A DNA stretch of 38,466 bases, from the NCBI GenBank assembly GCA_028701435.1, contig JAQVQT010000001.1, positions 1-38,466 on the forward strand, in the 5' to 3' direction. The notes under the pieces were generated by a model. That model did not search any database and was not told where the DNA came from. It worked only from the letters and a program-made list of their open reading frames with translations. Below, one piece after another: positions 8,074-17,205 of this stretch (position 1 is its first letter; every line of letters begins with the position of its first letter). The position numbers and the translations under genes were made by a program. This DNA is from Smithellaceae bacterium. GTDB taxonomy: Bacteria; Desulfobacterota; Syntrophia; Syntrophales; Smithellaceae.

Positions 8074-9300
8074 TTAGAAAAATTCCAGAAACCATTTTTT
8101 GAGTGTTTTGAAATATTCGCCGAATACATTCCCCGTTTTCCGATAGACGGATTCACTGGGAATATTTTTACTGCCGTAAACAATCAAACCAACCCCGACC
8201 GCAAAAGCCGGTGAGTTGGCCACATCGCTCAAACCGCCGACGCCGGAAGGACAACCGCGGCGCACCGGCATGTCGAAGATCTGCTCCGCCATTTCATTGA
8301 TGCCGGGCAGAAGCGACGAGCCGCCGGTCAGCACAATGCCCGCCGCCAGCAGATCTTCATAACCGGAGCGCACGATTTCCTTGAGCGCCATATTCAGAAT
8401 CTCATCCATGCGGGGCTCCACGATCCGGCCCAGGATCTGCCGCGACACCATACGGGCTTCCCGGCCGCCCACACTGGGCACTTCAATGACATCTTCCTTT
8501 GGGATCATCGACGTCATGGCGCAGCCGTGATTCAGCTTGATTTTCTCCGCCTCGGCAAACGGCGTGCGCAGCCCCGTGGCAATGTCCGAGGTCAGAAAGT
8601 TGCCGCCCACCGGCAGGATGGCCGTATGCTTGATGCTTCCCTCCGCGAAGATGGCGATCCCCGTGGTCGCGCCGCCGATGTCGATCAGGGCGACGCCCAG
8701 ATCTTTTTCGTCGGCGCTGAGAATGGCCTCGCTGGCCGCCAGTTGCTCCAGCACGACATCTTCAATATCGAGGCCCACGCGATTGACGGATTTGACCACA
8801 TTCTGAATCGAAGCGGCGGCGCCGGTCACGATGTGCACTTTCGCTTCCAGCCGCACGCCGGACATCCCCACCGGATCGCGGATGCCGTCCTGTCCGTCCA
8901 CCACGTAGTTCTGAGGCAGCGTGTGCAGAATTTCCCGGTCCACGGGAATAGCGATCGCCTTGGAGGCCTCAATCGCCCTTTGCAGATCGTCTTCGCCGAC
9001 TTCCCGGCCTTTCACGGCGACAATGCCCAGCGAGTTCTGCCCCTTGATGTGGCTGCCGGCAATCCCGACATAGGCGGAATTGATGCGGCAGCCGGACATG
9101 TGCTCGGCGTCCTCCACGGCCTTCTTGATCGCCTCGACGGTGCTGTCGATGTTGACCACGCCGCCCTTGCGCAGTTCCTTGGCGGGGGTGATCCCCATGC
9201 CGATAATGTCAATGCCGGTTGGTTTTGCCTCGCCGACAATCGCAATGGTTTTGGTCGTTCCAATATCGATTCCTACCAGAACGTTGCTTTTCTTTCCCAT
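8074..9300 (-). CDS. ftsA: cell division protein FtsA (actin-like ATPase)
   Basis: Supported by VGIDIGTTKTIAIVGE, DIGGATTGIAIF and its position between ftsQ and ftsZ. Confidence 0.95.
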   Translation of the reverse strand: MGKKSNVLVGIDIGTTKTIAIVGEAKPTGIDIIGMGITPAKELRKGGVVNIDSTVEAIKKAVEDAEHMSGCRINSAYVGIAGSHIKGQNSLGIVAVKGREVGEDDLQRAIEASKAIAIPVDREILHTLPQNYVVDGQDGIRDPVGMSGVRLEAKVHIVTGAAASIQNVVKSVNRVGLDIEDVVLEQLAASEAILSADEKDLGVALIDIGGATTGIAIFAEGSIKHTAILPVGGNFLTSDIATGLRTPFAEAEKIKLNHGCAMTSMIPKEDVIEVPSVGGREARMVSRQILGRIVEPRMDEILNMALKEIVRSGYEDLLAAGIVLTGGSSLLPGINEMAEQIFDMPVRRGCPSGVGGLSDVANSPAFAVGVGLIVYGSKNIPSESVYRKTGNVFGEYFKTLKKWFLEFF

Positions 9301-9324
9301 AATCTCACCCTTCCCCGTTCCTGC

Positions 9325-10164
9325 CTATATTCTGTACTGCGGCCCTTTTTTCTGTTCCTGCGCCTTTCCCGGCACGTCTTTGCGCTGAACGGTGACCTTG
9401 GAAATATCGGCCAGATCCACAAACAAACGACCGTCCTTCATCCCCCGCTTTTCCAGGTCCGCCAGAACGACATCCAACTGGCGCACCTTGCCTGTAAAGT
9501 TGTCCCGCCCCAGCTTTAAATGCAATCCCCGGTCGGTCAGGACGGACAGGCCGAACACCTCATCCACATGAATTTCAGAAATCGTCCCCAGCGACGCGTA
9601 GGAATCGGCGGACAGGGTTTCCAGCAGCTTCAACGCCTCGGCCAGCAGGGGGGACGGTTTGTTCTGAATATTCACACCGGTCAGAATCGCCAGATCAACA
9701 TCGTCCGTCCGGCTTAATTTTTTGAAAATAAAGCCTCCGGCGTCCATCAGGTAGAAATTCCCGGTCTGCTTGACCAGAGCAATCGGCTTCCGTTCACGCA
9801 CGTCCAGCACCAGCCGGCCCGGCAGCTCCCGGCCGACATAAATATTTTTGACCCAGGGATTGGCGGCGATCCGCCGCGCCACGGCATCCGTGTTGACTGC
9901 CAGAAGATTGCAGCGCGGCTGAATGTTCGCCAGTTGCAGGATGTCCTTTTCCGTCAGCTCTTTCACTCCGCGGACGGAGATTTCCCTGACTTCCAGCGCG
10001 GGGGCGCTCAGCAGCGCGCCGTAAAGATAAATGAACAGGGCGCTGATGACAACGGCGACAGCCAGCAGACCCAAAGCTCCCAGCGATTCGTTCAACGCCC
10101 CGATCAGGCGCCGGCGCACGCGGTTTTTTCTGGCTTCCAGGTTGACTTTTAACTTTTGGCTCAC
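9325..10164 (-). CDS. ftsQ: cell division protein FtsQ (single TM plus POTRA)
   Basis: It has a basic N-terminus, one TM segment (LGLLAVAVVISALFIYLYG), then a POTRA-like segment EVREISVRGVKELTEKDIL. Its position in the dcw cluster fits. There is a 4-bp overlap with murB. Confidence 0.85.
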   Translation of the reverse strand: MSQKLKVNLEARKNRVRRRLIGALNESLGALGLLAVAVVISALFIYLYGALLSAPALEVREISVRGVKELTEKDILQLANIQPRCNLLAVNTDAVARRIAANPWVKNIYVGRELPGRLVLDVRERKPIALVKQTGNFYLMDAGGFIFKKLSRTDDVDLAILTGVNIQNKPSPLLAEALKLLETLSADSYASLGTISEIHVDEVFGLSVLTDRGLHLKLGRDNFTGKVRQLDVVLADLEKRGMKDGRLFVDLADISKVTVQRKDVPGKAQEQKKGPQYRI

Positions 10165-11087
10165 GATTCTTCTCCAATGATGACAACTTCCGTCTCCAGG
10201 AAAAGGCCTCTTTCCTTTTGAACCGCTTCCTGTACCAGCCGGATCAACTTCACCATGTCGGACGCCGTGCCCTGCCCCTTGTTGATCATGAAGTTGGCGT
10301 GCTTTTTCGAAATCTGCACGTCGCCCAGCCGGCGGCCCTTCAGGCCCATCTCCTCCAGCAGGCGGCCGGCCGGCAGCCCCGGAAGATTTTTAAAAACCGA
10401 CCCGGCGCTGGGATATTGCAAAGGATGTTTTTCCTGACGCCATTTCAAAATTTCCGCCATCCGATCCCGGATCTGGCCTGAATGGCCTTTCGACAGGGCG
10501 AAGCACGCCCCGCAAATGACGGCGTTTTCGGGCAGATTGGATTTGCGGTAGGCAAACGCGATCTCTTCCCGCCGCAGGGTTTTCTTTTTTCCTTCGCCGT
10601 CGATCACCGTCACGGACACCAGCACGTCTTTAATTTCGGTTCCGAAAGCACCGGCGTTCATCCAGACGGCCCCGCCGACGCTGCCGGGAATTCCCGCGCA
10701 AAATTCCAGACCGGTCAGTTCGCGCTCCGCGGCCAGCCCGACAATCCGGCCCAGCGCAGCGCCCGCCTGTGCGGCAATCCAAAACCGCCCGTCTTCTGCG
10801 GGCGAGCACATGACCCTGTCCAAACCGCGCAGCGAAATCAGGACGCCGCGGTACCCGCCGTCACGCACCAGAATATTGGTGAGGTTCCCGACCGGCAAAA
10901 ACAGAATATGATTTTCCTTCAGCCTGCGCACAAGGACTTCGAGCTGATCTTCGCTTTCGGGCATCGCCAGCGCGTCCACCCGGCCGCCGAGTTTCAGCGA
11001 CGCATGACGCGACATCGGCTCGTCGAACCATACCTTGCCGACCTTCACATCCCGCAGCGCCTCTGAAATTTTCAAATGACCGGTCAT
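10161..11087 (-). CDS. murB: UDP-N-acetylenolpyruvoylglucosamine reductase MurB
   Basis: 308 aa with an FAD-binding N-terminus (LKLGGRVDAL...LPVGNLTNILVRDGG). The C-terminal region is SAGSVFKNLPG...GDVQISKKHANFMINKG. Confidence 0.93.
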   Translation of the reverse strand: MTGHLKISEALRDVKVGKVWFDEPMSRHASLKLGGRVDALAMPESEDQLEVLVRRLKENHILFLPVGNLTNILVRDGGYRGVLISLRGLDRVMCSPAEDGRFWIAAQAGAALGRIVGLAAERELTGLEFCAGIPGSVGGAVWMNAGAFGTEIKDVLVSVTVIDGEGKKKTLRREEIAFAYRKSNLPENAVICGACFALSKGHSGQIRDRMAEILKWRQEKHPLQYPSAGSVFKNLPGLPAGRLLEEMGLKGRRLGDVQISKKHANFMINKGQGTASDMVKLIRLVQEAVQKERGLFLETEVVIIGEES

Positions 11088-12496
11088 GGGTTCTTCGTTC
11101 CCTCTTTGATCTGCGCGAGAAACGACTCGCCGATTTTATACACACTGCCCGCGCCCAGCGTCAGAACGGTATCCCCGGGTTTTGCGTTGGCGAGCAGAAA
11201 CTCCACCGTGCCCTGCGGCTGGGCGATGTATTCCACGCAGGGATGACCGCCTTCCTTGATCGCCACCCAAAGCGCCGCGGAATGAACACCGGGAATCGGC
11301 GCCTCCGACGCCGGATAAATATCGTTGAGCACCAGCACGTCCGCATCGCCGAACGCCTTGGTAAATTCGTCAAACAGCGCTTTGGTCCGCGTAAAGCGGT
11401 GGGGCTGAAACACCACGATCAACCGGCCCTTCCGCATCTGGCGCGCCGCCGCCAGCGTCGCCATAATTTCCGTCGGGTGATGGCCGTAGTCGTCCACCAC
11501 GGCAATTCCGCCGTTCTCCCCCTTGACTTCAAGCCGCCGCTGGACACCGGAGAAAGCCAGCAGTCCTTTGCGGAGAATCGCCATATCCAGGCCCAGTTCA
11601 CGCCCCACGGCAATGGCGGCCATGGAGTTGTAAACATTAAAGAGGCCCGGCACCTTCAATGCTACGTCGCCCAGGCTCTCTCCCCTGTAAGACAGGGCAT
11701 ACCGGGTTCCAGTGTCGGAATGCTGAATGTCGCTCGCCGTATAATCCGCCGGCTGCGCGATGCCGTAGGTAATCACGCGGCGCTTGATCGAGGGGGCAAT
11801 GGCGCGCACATGTTCGTTGTCGCCGCACATCACCGTGCAGCCGTAAAAGGGCACCATGTTGGCAAATTTTAAGAAAGCGTCCTTGATTTCTTCAATACCC
11901 GGATAATAGTCCAGATGCTCGCGGTCGATATTGGTAATGACGGCGATCGTCGGCGACAGCTTTAAAAAAGATCCGTCGCTTTCGTCCGCCTCCGCGACAA
12001 GAATGTCTCCGCCGCCCAGACGGGCGTTGGATCCGATGCTGGCCAGCTTGCCGCCGATCACCATGGTGGGATCCAGTCCGCCCTCCGCTAGAAGGGTCGA
12101 GACCATCGAGGTGGTTGTGGTCTTGCCGTGGCTGCCGGAAACGGCCACGGAAAATTTCATTTTCAGGAGCTCCGCCAGCATTTCCGCCCGGGGAATCACC
12201 GGAATGTTCTTGCGATGCGCTTCCAGAACTTCCGGATTGTCCGCCTTCACCGCGGTCGATGTGACTACCACATCCGCGTTGCCGATGTTTTCCGCCGCGT
12301 GCCCGACGGCAATCGCCGCACCCAGCTGCTGCAGGCGCTTCGTTGTGTCGGAGGACTGGACGTCCGATCCGCTGATGCCGTATCCGAGGTTCAGCAGCAC
12401 TTCGGCAATGCCGCTCATTCCGATGCCCCCGATGCCGACAAAATGGATGCGCTTGACTTTGCGCTGCATGAATCCGGTTTCCTGGTCTTTGCTCAT
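11084..12496 (-). CDS. murC: UDP-N-acetylmuramate--L-alanine ligase MurC
   Basis: Supported by IHFVGIGGIGMSGIAEVLLNLGY, the P-loop VSGSHGKTTTTSM, and DDYGHHPTEI. Confidence 0.95.
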   Translation of the reverse strand: MSKDQETGFMQRKVKRIHFVGIGGIGMSGIAEVLLNLGYGISGSDVQSSDTTKRLQQLGAAIAVGHAAENIGNADVVVTSTAVKADNPEVLEAHRKNIPVIPRAEMLAELLKMKFSVAVSGSHGKTTTTSMVSTLLAEGGLDPTMVIGGKLASIGSNARLGGGDILVAEADESDGSFLKLSPTIAVITNIDREHLDYYPGIEEIKDAFLKFANMVPFYGCTVMCGDNEHVRAIAPSIKRRVITYGIAQPADYTASDIQHSDTGTRYALSYRGESLGDVALKVPGLFNVYNSMAAIAVGRELGLDMAILRKGLLAFSGVQRRLEVKGENGGIAVVDDYGHHPTEIMATLAAARQMRKGRLIVVFQPHRFTRTKALFDEFTKAFGDADVLVLNDIYPASEAPIPGVHSAALWVAIKEGGHPCVEYIAQPQGTVEFLLANAKPGDTVLTLGAGSVYKIGESFLAQIKEGTKNP

Positions 12497-12519
12497 TTTC
12501 CCTTTATCCTGTTGAAGGT

Positions 12520-13602
12520 TTATTTTTCCGCCGCCAGCCTTACGCAGGCATCGACAATTCTTGCGGCGGCGTCGGGCCTGCCCAGCGCTTTGGATCTCTC
12601 TTCCATGCCCCGTAATTTCTTGTCGTCTTCCAGCAGGGACTCCACAAGCGAATACAGGGCCTCCGCAGAAAGCTCGCTCTCCCGAATCATGGCCGCCGCG
12701 CCGGCTTCGACCATTGCCCGCGCATTTTCGGTCTGATGGTCATCGGCCGCGTACGGGAAGGGGATCAGCACAGACGCTTTCCCCGCCACCGTGATTTCCG
12801 CGAGCGACGTCGCTCCGGCTCGGCAGATGATCAGGTCGGACGCCGCGTAGGCCGACGCCATATCGACGATGAATGGTTGAACCTCAGCTTCCATACCGGC
12901 CCGCTCATAGGCCCGCCGCACTTCCTCACAATCGCGCTCTCCGGTCTGGTGGACCACCCGAACCCGGTCTTTGATCTTTTGCAGCATCGGCAGCATGGCC
13001 ACGACCGTTTTGTTGATGGCCGCCGCTCCCTGCGAACCGCCGAAAACCAGAATCTGCCGGATGGCGCGCATCTTCGGGGCTTCATTCAGGCGCGCGGCAA
13101 ACGCCGCCCGAACCGGATTGCCCGTCACACTGACTTTCCGGGCGGGAAACCTTCCTTTGCTTTGCTCGTAGGTCAGAAAGATTCGATCGACAAATTTCCC
13201 CAGGATGCGGTTCGTGTTTCCCGCCAGAGCGTTTTGCTCGGCAATGGCCGTGGGAATATTCATCAGCCAGGCGGCGATCACCGCCGGCCCCGAGGCATAC
13301 CCGCCGACGCCAATGACGACATCGGGCCGAAAATCCCTCAAGATCATACGGGACTGCCACATGCTGTTGGGAATCGCGTAAACGCCTTTGATCAATGCCT
13401 TCCAACCCCTTCCCTTCAGCCCTTCCACATCAATGAGTTTCAGTTCGTAGCCCAACTTCCCCAAAAGCCGGTACTCAATGCCCCTTTGGGTTCCGATAAA
13501 GATCACCCGGTTTTCGGGATCGCGTTTTTGGAACTCTTCCGCGACGGCAATGCCGGGAAACAAATGACCGCCCGTTCCTCCTCCCGCAATGATGATCCTC
13601 AC
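12520..13602 (-). CDS. murG: undecaprenyl-PP-MurNAc-pentapeptide GlcNAc transferase MurG
   Basis: Supported by MRIIIAGGGTGGHLFPGIAVAEEF and the C-terminal PYAADDHQTENA motif. Confidence 0.95.
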   Translation of the reverse strand: MRIIIAGGGTGGHLFPGIAVAEEFQKRDPENRVIFIGTQRGIEYRLLGKLGYELKLIDVEGLKGRGWKALIKGVYAIPNSMWQSRMILRDFRPDVVIGVGGYASGPAVIAAWLMNIPTAIAEQNALAGNTNRILGKFVDRIFLTYEQSKGRFPARKVSVTGNPVRAAFAARLNEAPKMRAIRQILVFGGSQGAAAINKTVVAMLPMLQKIKDRVRVVHQTGERDCEEVRRAYERAGMEAEVQPFIVDMASAYAASDLIICRAGATSLAEITVAGKASVLIPFPYAADDHQTENARAMVEAGAAAMIRESELSAEALYSLVESLLEDDKKLRGMEERSKALGRPDAAARIVDACVRLAAEK

Positions 13603-13654
13603 CGGTTTCTCTCCGCCTGCGCGTCTGCTTTGCGCCTTTTGATCTTTTCGCCGT

Positions 13655-14761
13655 TTACGTCCTCTGCGTGGAGATGTTCAGCAGAATCCCCACGGTCATC
13701 ATGCTCATGACAAACGACGTGCCGCCGTAACTCAAGAATGGAAGCGCCAGTCCCTTCAGGGGAATGAGCCCCATCACCCCCGCGATATTAATGAAGGCCT
13801 GCAGCGCGATCAACATCGTCAGGCCCGCGGCCAGCAGCGTGCCGAAGAGATTCGGCGCGCGAAAAGCGATCATAAAACCCCGCAGCAAAAAGAAAATGAA
13901 CATGAAAATAATGATCGTCACGCCGATAAAGCCGCTTTCCTCCGCAATCACCGCCAGAATGAAATCCGTGTGCGGCTCCGGCAGATAAAACAATTTCTGC
14001 ATGCCGTCGCCGATGCCCTGACCCGTCACGCCGCCCGATCCGAAGGAAATCAGCGACTGGATGAGCTGAAAGCCGGTGTTGTCCGCGTCTTTCCAGGGAT
14101 CGAGAAACGCCGTCAGCCGCGCCATTCGGTATCCCTTGCTCATAATCAGCCAGATGCCCACGGGAATAAAGGCCGCGCCCAGAAAGACCAGATGGGTAAT
14201 CCGGGATCCGGCCAGCGACAGCATCAACAGCAGAATCGACATGATGATGACAACCGTGCCGAAATCCGGCTGAAGAATGATCAGGCCCATGACCACGGCC
14301 GTCACCGAAAGCGGAATCAGAACGCCCCGGCTGAATTTTTTCAAATGGTGCACTTTTCTCGTCAGCAGATGCGCCAGGAAAAGCACCATGGCCACCTTGA
14401 CCAGTTCGGTCACCTGAAAGGAAAACACGCCCATATTGAGCCAGCGGGTCGCGCCGCCCCGCTTCACGCCGACGTGCGGAATAAAAAGCAACAGCAGCAG
14501 GATCACGGAGACGATCACACCCGGATACGCCAGCTTCTTGAGCTGTTCGTATGGAATTTTGGTCATGACAATCATGATCACCAGGCCGGCAAACACAAAA
14601 AATAAATGCTTTTTGAGAAAGAATTGTCCGTCTTTGAATTTTTCCATCGCCAGAATGGAACTCGACGAATAAATCATCGCCGTGCCCACAGTCACCAGAA
14701 TCAGGGTGACCAGCAAAAGAATGATGTCCGGCGTATTGGCGTCTTTTTTCGCAGCGTCCAT
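13655..14761 (-). CDS. ftsW: SEDS-family peptidoglycan polymerase FtsW
   Basis: A polytopic membrane protein with FQLIQSLISFGSGGVTGQGIG, YLPEPHTDFILAVIAEE and GLIPLKGLALPFLSYGGTS. Confidence 0.93.
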   Translation of the reverse strand: MDAAKKDANTPDIILLLVTLILVTVGTAMIYSSSSILAMEKFKDGQFFLKKHLFFVFAGLVIMIVMTKIPYEQLKKLAYPGVIVSVILLLLLFIPHVGVKRGGATRWLNMGVFSFQVTELVKVAMVLFLAHLLTRKVHHLKKFSRGVLIPLSVTAVVMGLIILQPDFGTVVIIMSILLLMLSLAGSRITHLVFLGAAFIPVGIWLIMSKGYRMARLTAFLDPWKDADNTGFQLIQSLISFGSGGVTGQGIGDGMQKLFYLPEPHTDFILAVIAEESGFIGVTIIIFMFIFFLLRGFMIAFRAPNLFGTLLAAGLTMLIALQAFINIAGVMGLIPLKGLALPFLSYGGTSFVMSMMTVGILLNISTQRT

Positions 14762-16105
14762 TTACAGATTCCTGACCACTTCCTTGAAATGATTTCCCCG
14801 CTCCCGGTAATTGGCAAACGCATCAAAGCTCGCGCACCCCGGTGACAAAAGGACAATATCTCCGGGCTTCGCGTCCCGGTATGCCCGGAGGACGGCCGCC
14901 TTCAGCGTCCCTTCCTTTGCGATCGGCGTCTTATTGCCCAGCTGCGGCTCGATTTGGTCGCGCGCCTCGCCAAACAGGACAACCTGTTTGGTTTTGGCGC
15001 CCAAAAGCGGCTGCAGCACGTCAAAATTTCCGTCCTTGTCCCGTCCGCCCATAAGCAGAATCACCGGCGATGAAAAGGTTTGCAGCGCGCGCGCGACGGC
15101 ATCGACATTGGTTCCCTTGGAATCGTCATAAAAGGCAACCGCACGCTTTTCCCCGGCAAATTCAATCCGATGGGGCAGGCCCCGAAACTGCGACACCGCC
15201 TCCACGATGCTCTCCTTTGAACAACCGCAGAAGCGAGCCGCCGTCACGGCCGCCATGACGTTCTCCACATTATGCAGACCGGGAATCCTGATCATCCCCG
15301 AAGGATAACGCTCATCGGGGCCGTCGGGACGACGGTAAACGATACTGCCGTCCTCTAGGCACAATCCAGGGCTTTGCAGCCGGCCGGAGCTGAACCGGAC
15401 CACTGCGGCCCGCATCGACGAATCCAGGTCTTCCTGATACGGATCCCCGGCATTCAGAATCGCCAGATCGTTTTCACGCTGGTTTTCAAAAATTCTCCCC
15501 TTGATGCGGCGGTACTCTTCAAACGACCCGTGATAATTGACATGATCGCAGGTAATGTTGAGCAGGATCGCGGCATGCGGACGGAACGATTCGATCCACT
15601 GAAGCTGAAAGCTGCTGATTTCGGCGACGATGAAATCATCCGTCTGCTCGCCGGCGGCGTATTCGATCAGAGGATTTCCGATGTTGCCGCCCACAAACAC
15701 TTTTTTCCCGGCGCGCGCCAGAATCTCGCCCAGCAGGGTGGTCGTGGTGGTTTTCCCGTTGGTGCCCGTCACGGCGATGATCGGCACGCGAATGAACCGG
15801 TAGGCCAGTTCGATCTCGCTCAAGATCGGAATCTTCTTTTGCTGCGCCGCCGCCAGGATGGGATGGCGGGGGGGAACCCCCGGAGACGGCACCACCAGAT
15901 GCACGCCATCCAGGCAGGTCTCGTCATAGCATCCGACGGCAAGCCACGGCCGATGGGCGATTTGTTCAAACTCCGCACCCCACTGGTCCCGTGGTTTCTC
16001 ATCGACCGCCACGACGGCGGCACCGCTCGCGCCCAGAAACACGGCGGCGGCGATGCCCGTTTTTCCCATGCCGATCACGGCTATTTTCTTTTCCGCCAGT
16101 TGCAT
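14762..16105 (-). CDS. murD: UDP-N-acetylmuramoylalanine--D-glutamate ligase MurD
   Basis: Supported by KIAVIGMGKTGIAAAVFL, the P-loop VTGTNGKTTTTTL, and DDSKGTNVDA. Confidence 0.95.
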   Translation of the reverse strand: MQLAEKKIAVIGMGKTGIAAAVFLGASGAAVVAVDEKPRDQWGAEFEQIAHRPWLAVGCYDETCLDGVHLVVPSPGVPPRHPILAAAQQKKIPILSEIELAYRFIRVPIIAVTGTNGKTTTTTLLGEILARAGKKVFVGGNIGNPLIEYAAGEQTDDFIVAEISSFQLQWIESFRPHAAILLNITCDHVNYHGSFEEYRRIKGRIFENQRENDLAILNAGDPYQEDLDSSMRAAVVRFSSGRLQSPGLCLEDGSIVYRRPDGPDERYPSGMIRIPGLHNVENVMAAVTAARFCGCSKESIVEAVSQFRGLPHRIEFAGEKRAVAFYDDSKGTNVDAVARALQTFSSPVILLMGGRDKDGNFDVLQPLLGAKTKQVVLFGEARDQIEPQLGNKTPIAKEGTLKAAVLRAYRDAKPGDIVLLSPGCASFDAFANYRERGNHFKEVVRNL

Positions 16106-16112
16106 GCTTTCC

Positions 16113-17192
16113 CTACCGCAACTTCAATGTGCTGATCGCCAGAAGCGCCAGCAGGATCGAAATGATCCAGAACCGGACAATGACTTTCGGCTCCGCCCAG
16201 CCCTTGAGTTCGAAATGATGATGGATCGGCGCCATTCGGAAAATCCTTTTCCCGCCCGTCAGCTTGAAATAACCGACCTGAAAAATGACGGAAAATGTCT
16301 CCATCACAAAAACCCCGCCGACAATCGCCAGAAGAATTTCCTGTTTGGTGATGATGGCCACGGTTCCCAGCGCGCCGCCCATGGACAGAGAGCCGACATC
16401 GCCCATGAAGATTTCCGCCGGATGGGCGTTAAACCACAGAAAGCCCAGCGCCGCGCCCATAAACGCTCCGCAGAAAACGGACAATTCACCCGCGCCGGGT
16501 ACATAGGGAATCTGCAGGTAATGCGCAACTTTGACGTTGCCGGCAAAATAGGCGAAGAGCAGATACGTGACAAAGCAGATGCCCGCGGGCCCGGTCGCCA
16601 GACCATCCAGGCCGTCCGTCAGATTCACGGCGTTGGCCGCGCCCACGATGATGAAAACGCACAGCAGAATATAGCCCCAGCCCAGATTAGGCAAAACCGT
16701 CTTAAAGAAGGGAATCGTCACCTGCGCGCTGAACCCCGGCTTGAAATACAAAACAACGCCGACAAACAGAGCGATGATGATTTCAGCGGCCAGCCTGATT
16801 TTCCCGGGCACGCCCCTGGAATTCCGAACAGCCAGCTTCCTGTAATCATCCAGAAAACCGATCAGGCCGAACCCGACGGTAACCAGCAGCACCAGCCAGA
16901 TATACACCACGGAAAGGTTCGCCCACAGGATCGTGGAAACCGTCACCGCAAAGAGGATCAACATGCCCCCCATCGTCGGCGTTCCCTTCTTGACCAGATG
17001 CGTTTGGGGGCCGTCCTCGCGAATCTGCTGATCAATCTGCATTTTCTGCAGCTTTTCAATAAACCATCTTCCCAGAACCAGACAGATCAGCAACGCCGTG
17101 ATGGAGGCGAAGATGGTCCTGAACGTGATATACCTAAACACGTTGAAGGATGAAAACACCGTGTGCAAAGGATATAAAAATTCGTAAATCAT
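16113..17192 (-). CDS. mraY: phospho-N-acetylmuramoyl-pentapeptide transferase MraY
   Basis: This is track ORF 16113-17240. The start is placed at ATG 17192 ([27 protein letters not shown]), which aligns with canonical MraY N-termini and removes the overlap with murF. Motifs: [13 protein letters not shown] and [13 protein letters not shown]. Confidence 0.95.
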   Translation of the reverse strand: MIYEFLYPLHTVFSSFNVFRYITFRTIFASITALLICLVLGRWFIEKLQKMQIDQQIREDGPQTHLVKKGTPTMGGMLILFAVTVSTILWANLSVVYIWLVLLVTVGFGLIGFLDDYRKLAVRNSRGVPGKIRLAAEIIIALFVGVVLYFKPGFSAQVTIPFFKTVLPNLGWGYILLCVFIIVGAANAVNLTDGLDGLATGPAGICFVTYLLFAYFAGNVKVAHYLQIPYVPGAGELSVFCGAFMGAALGFLWFNAHPAEIFMGDVGSLSMGGALGTVAIITKQEILLAIVGGVFVMETFSVIFQVGYFKLTGGKRIFRMAPIHHHFELKGWAEPKVIVRFWIISILLALLAISTLKLR

Positions 17193-17205
17193 TTTTTTCT
17201 CCCGC

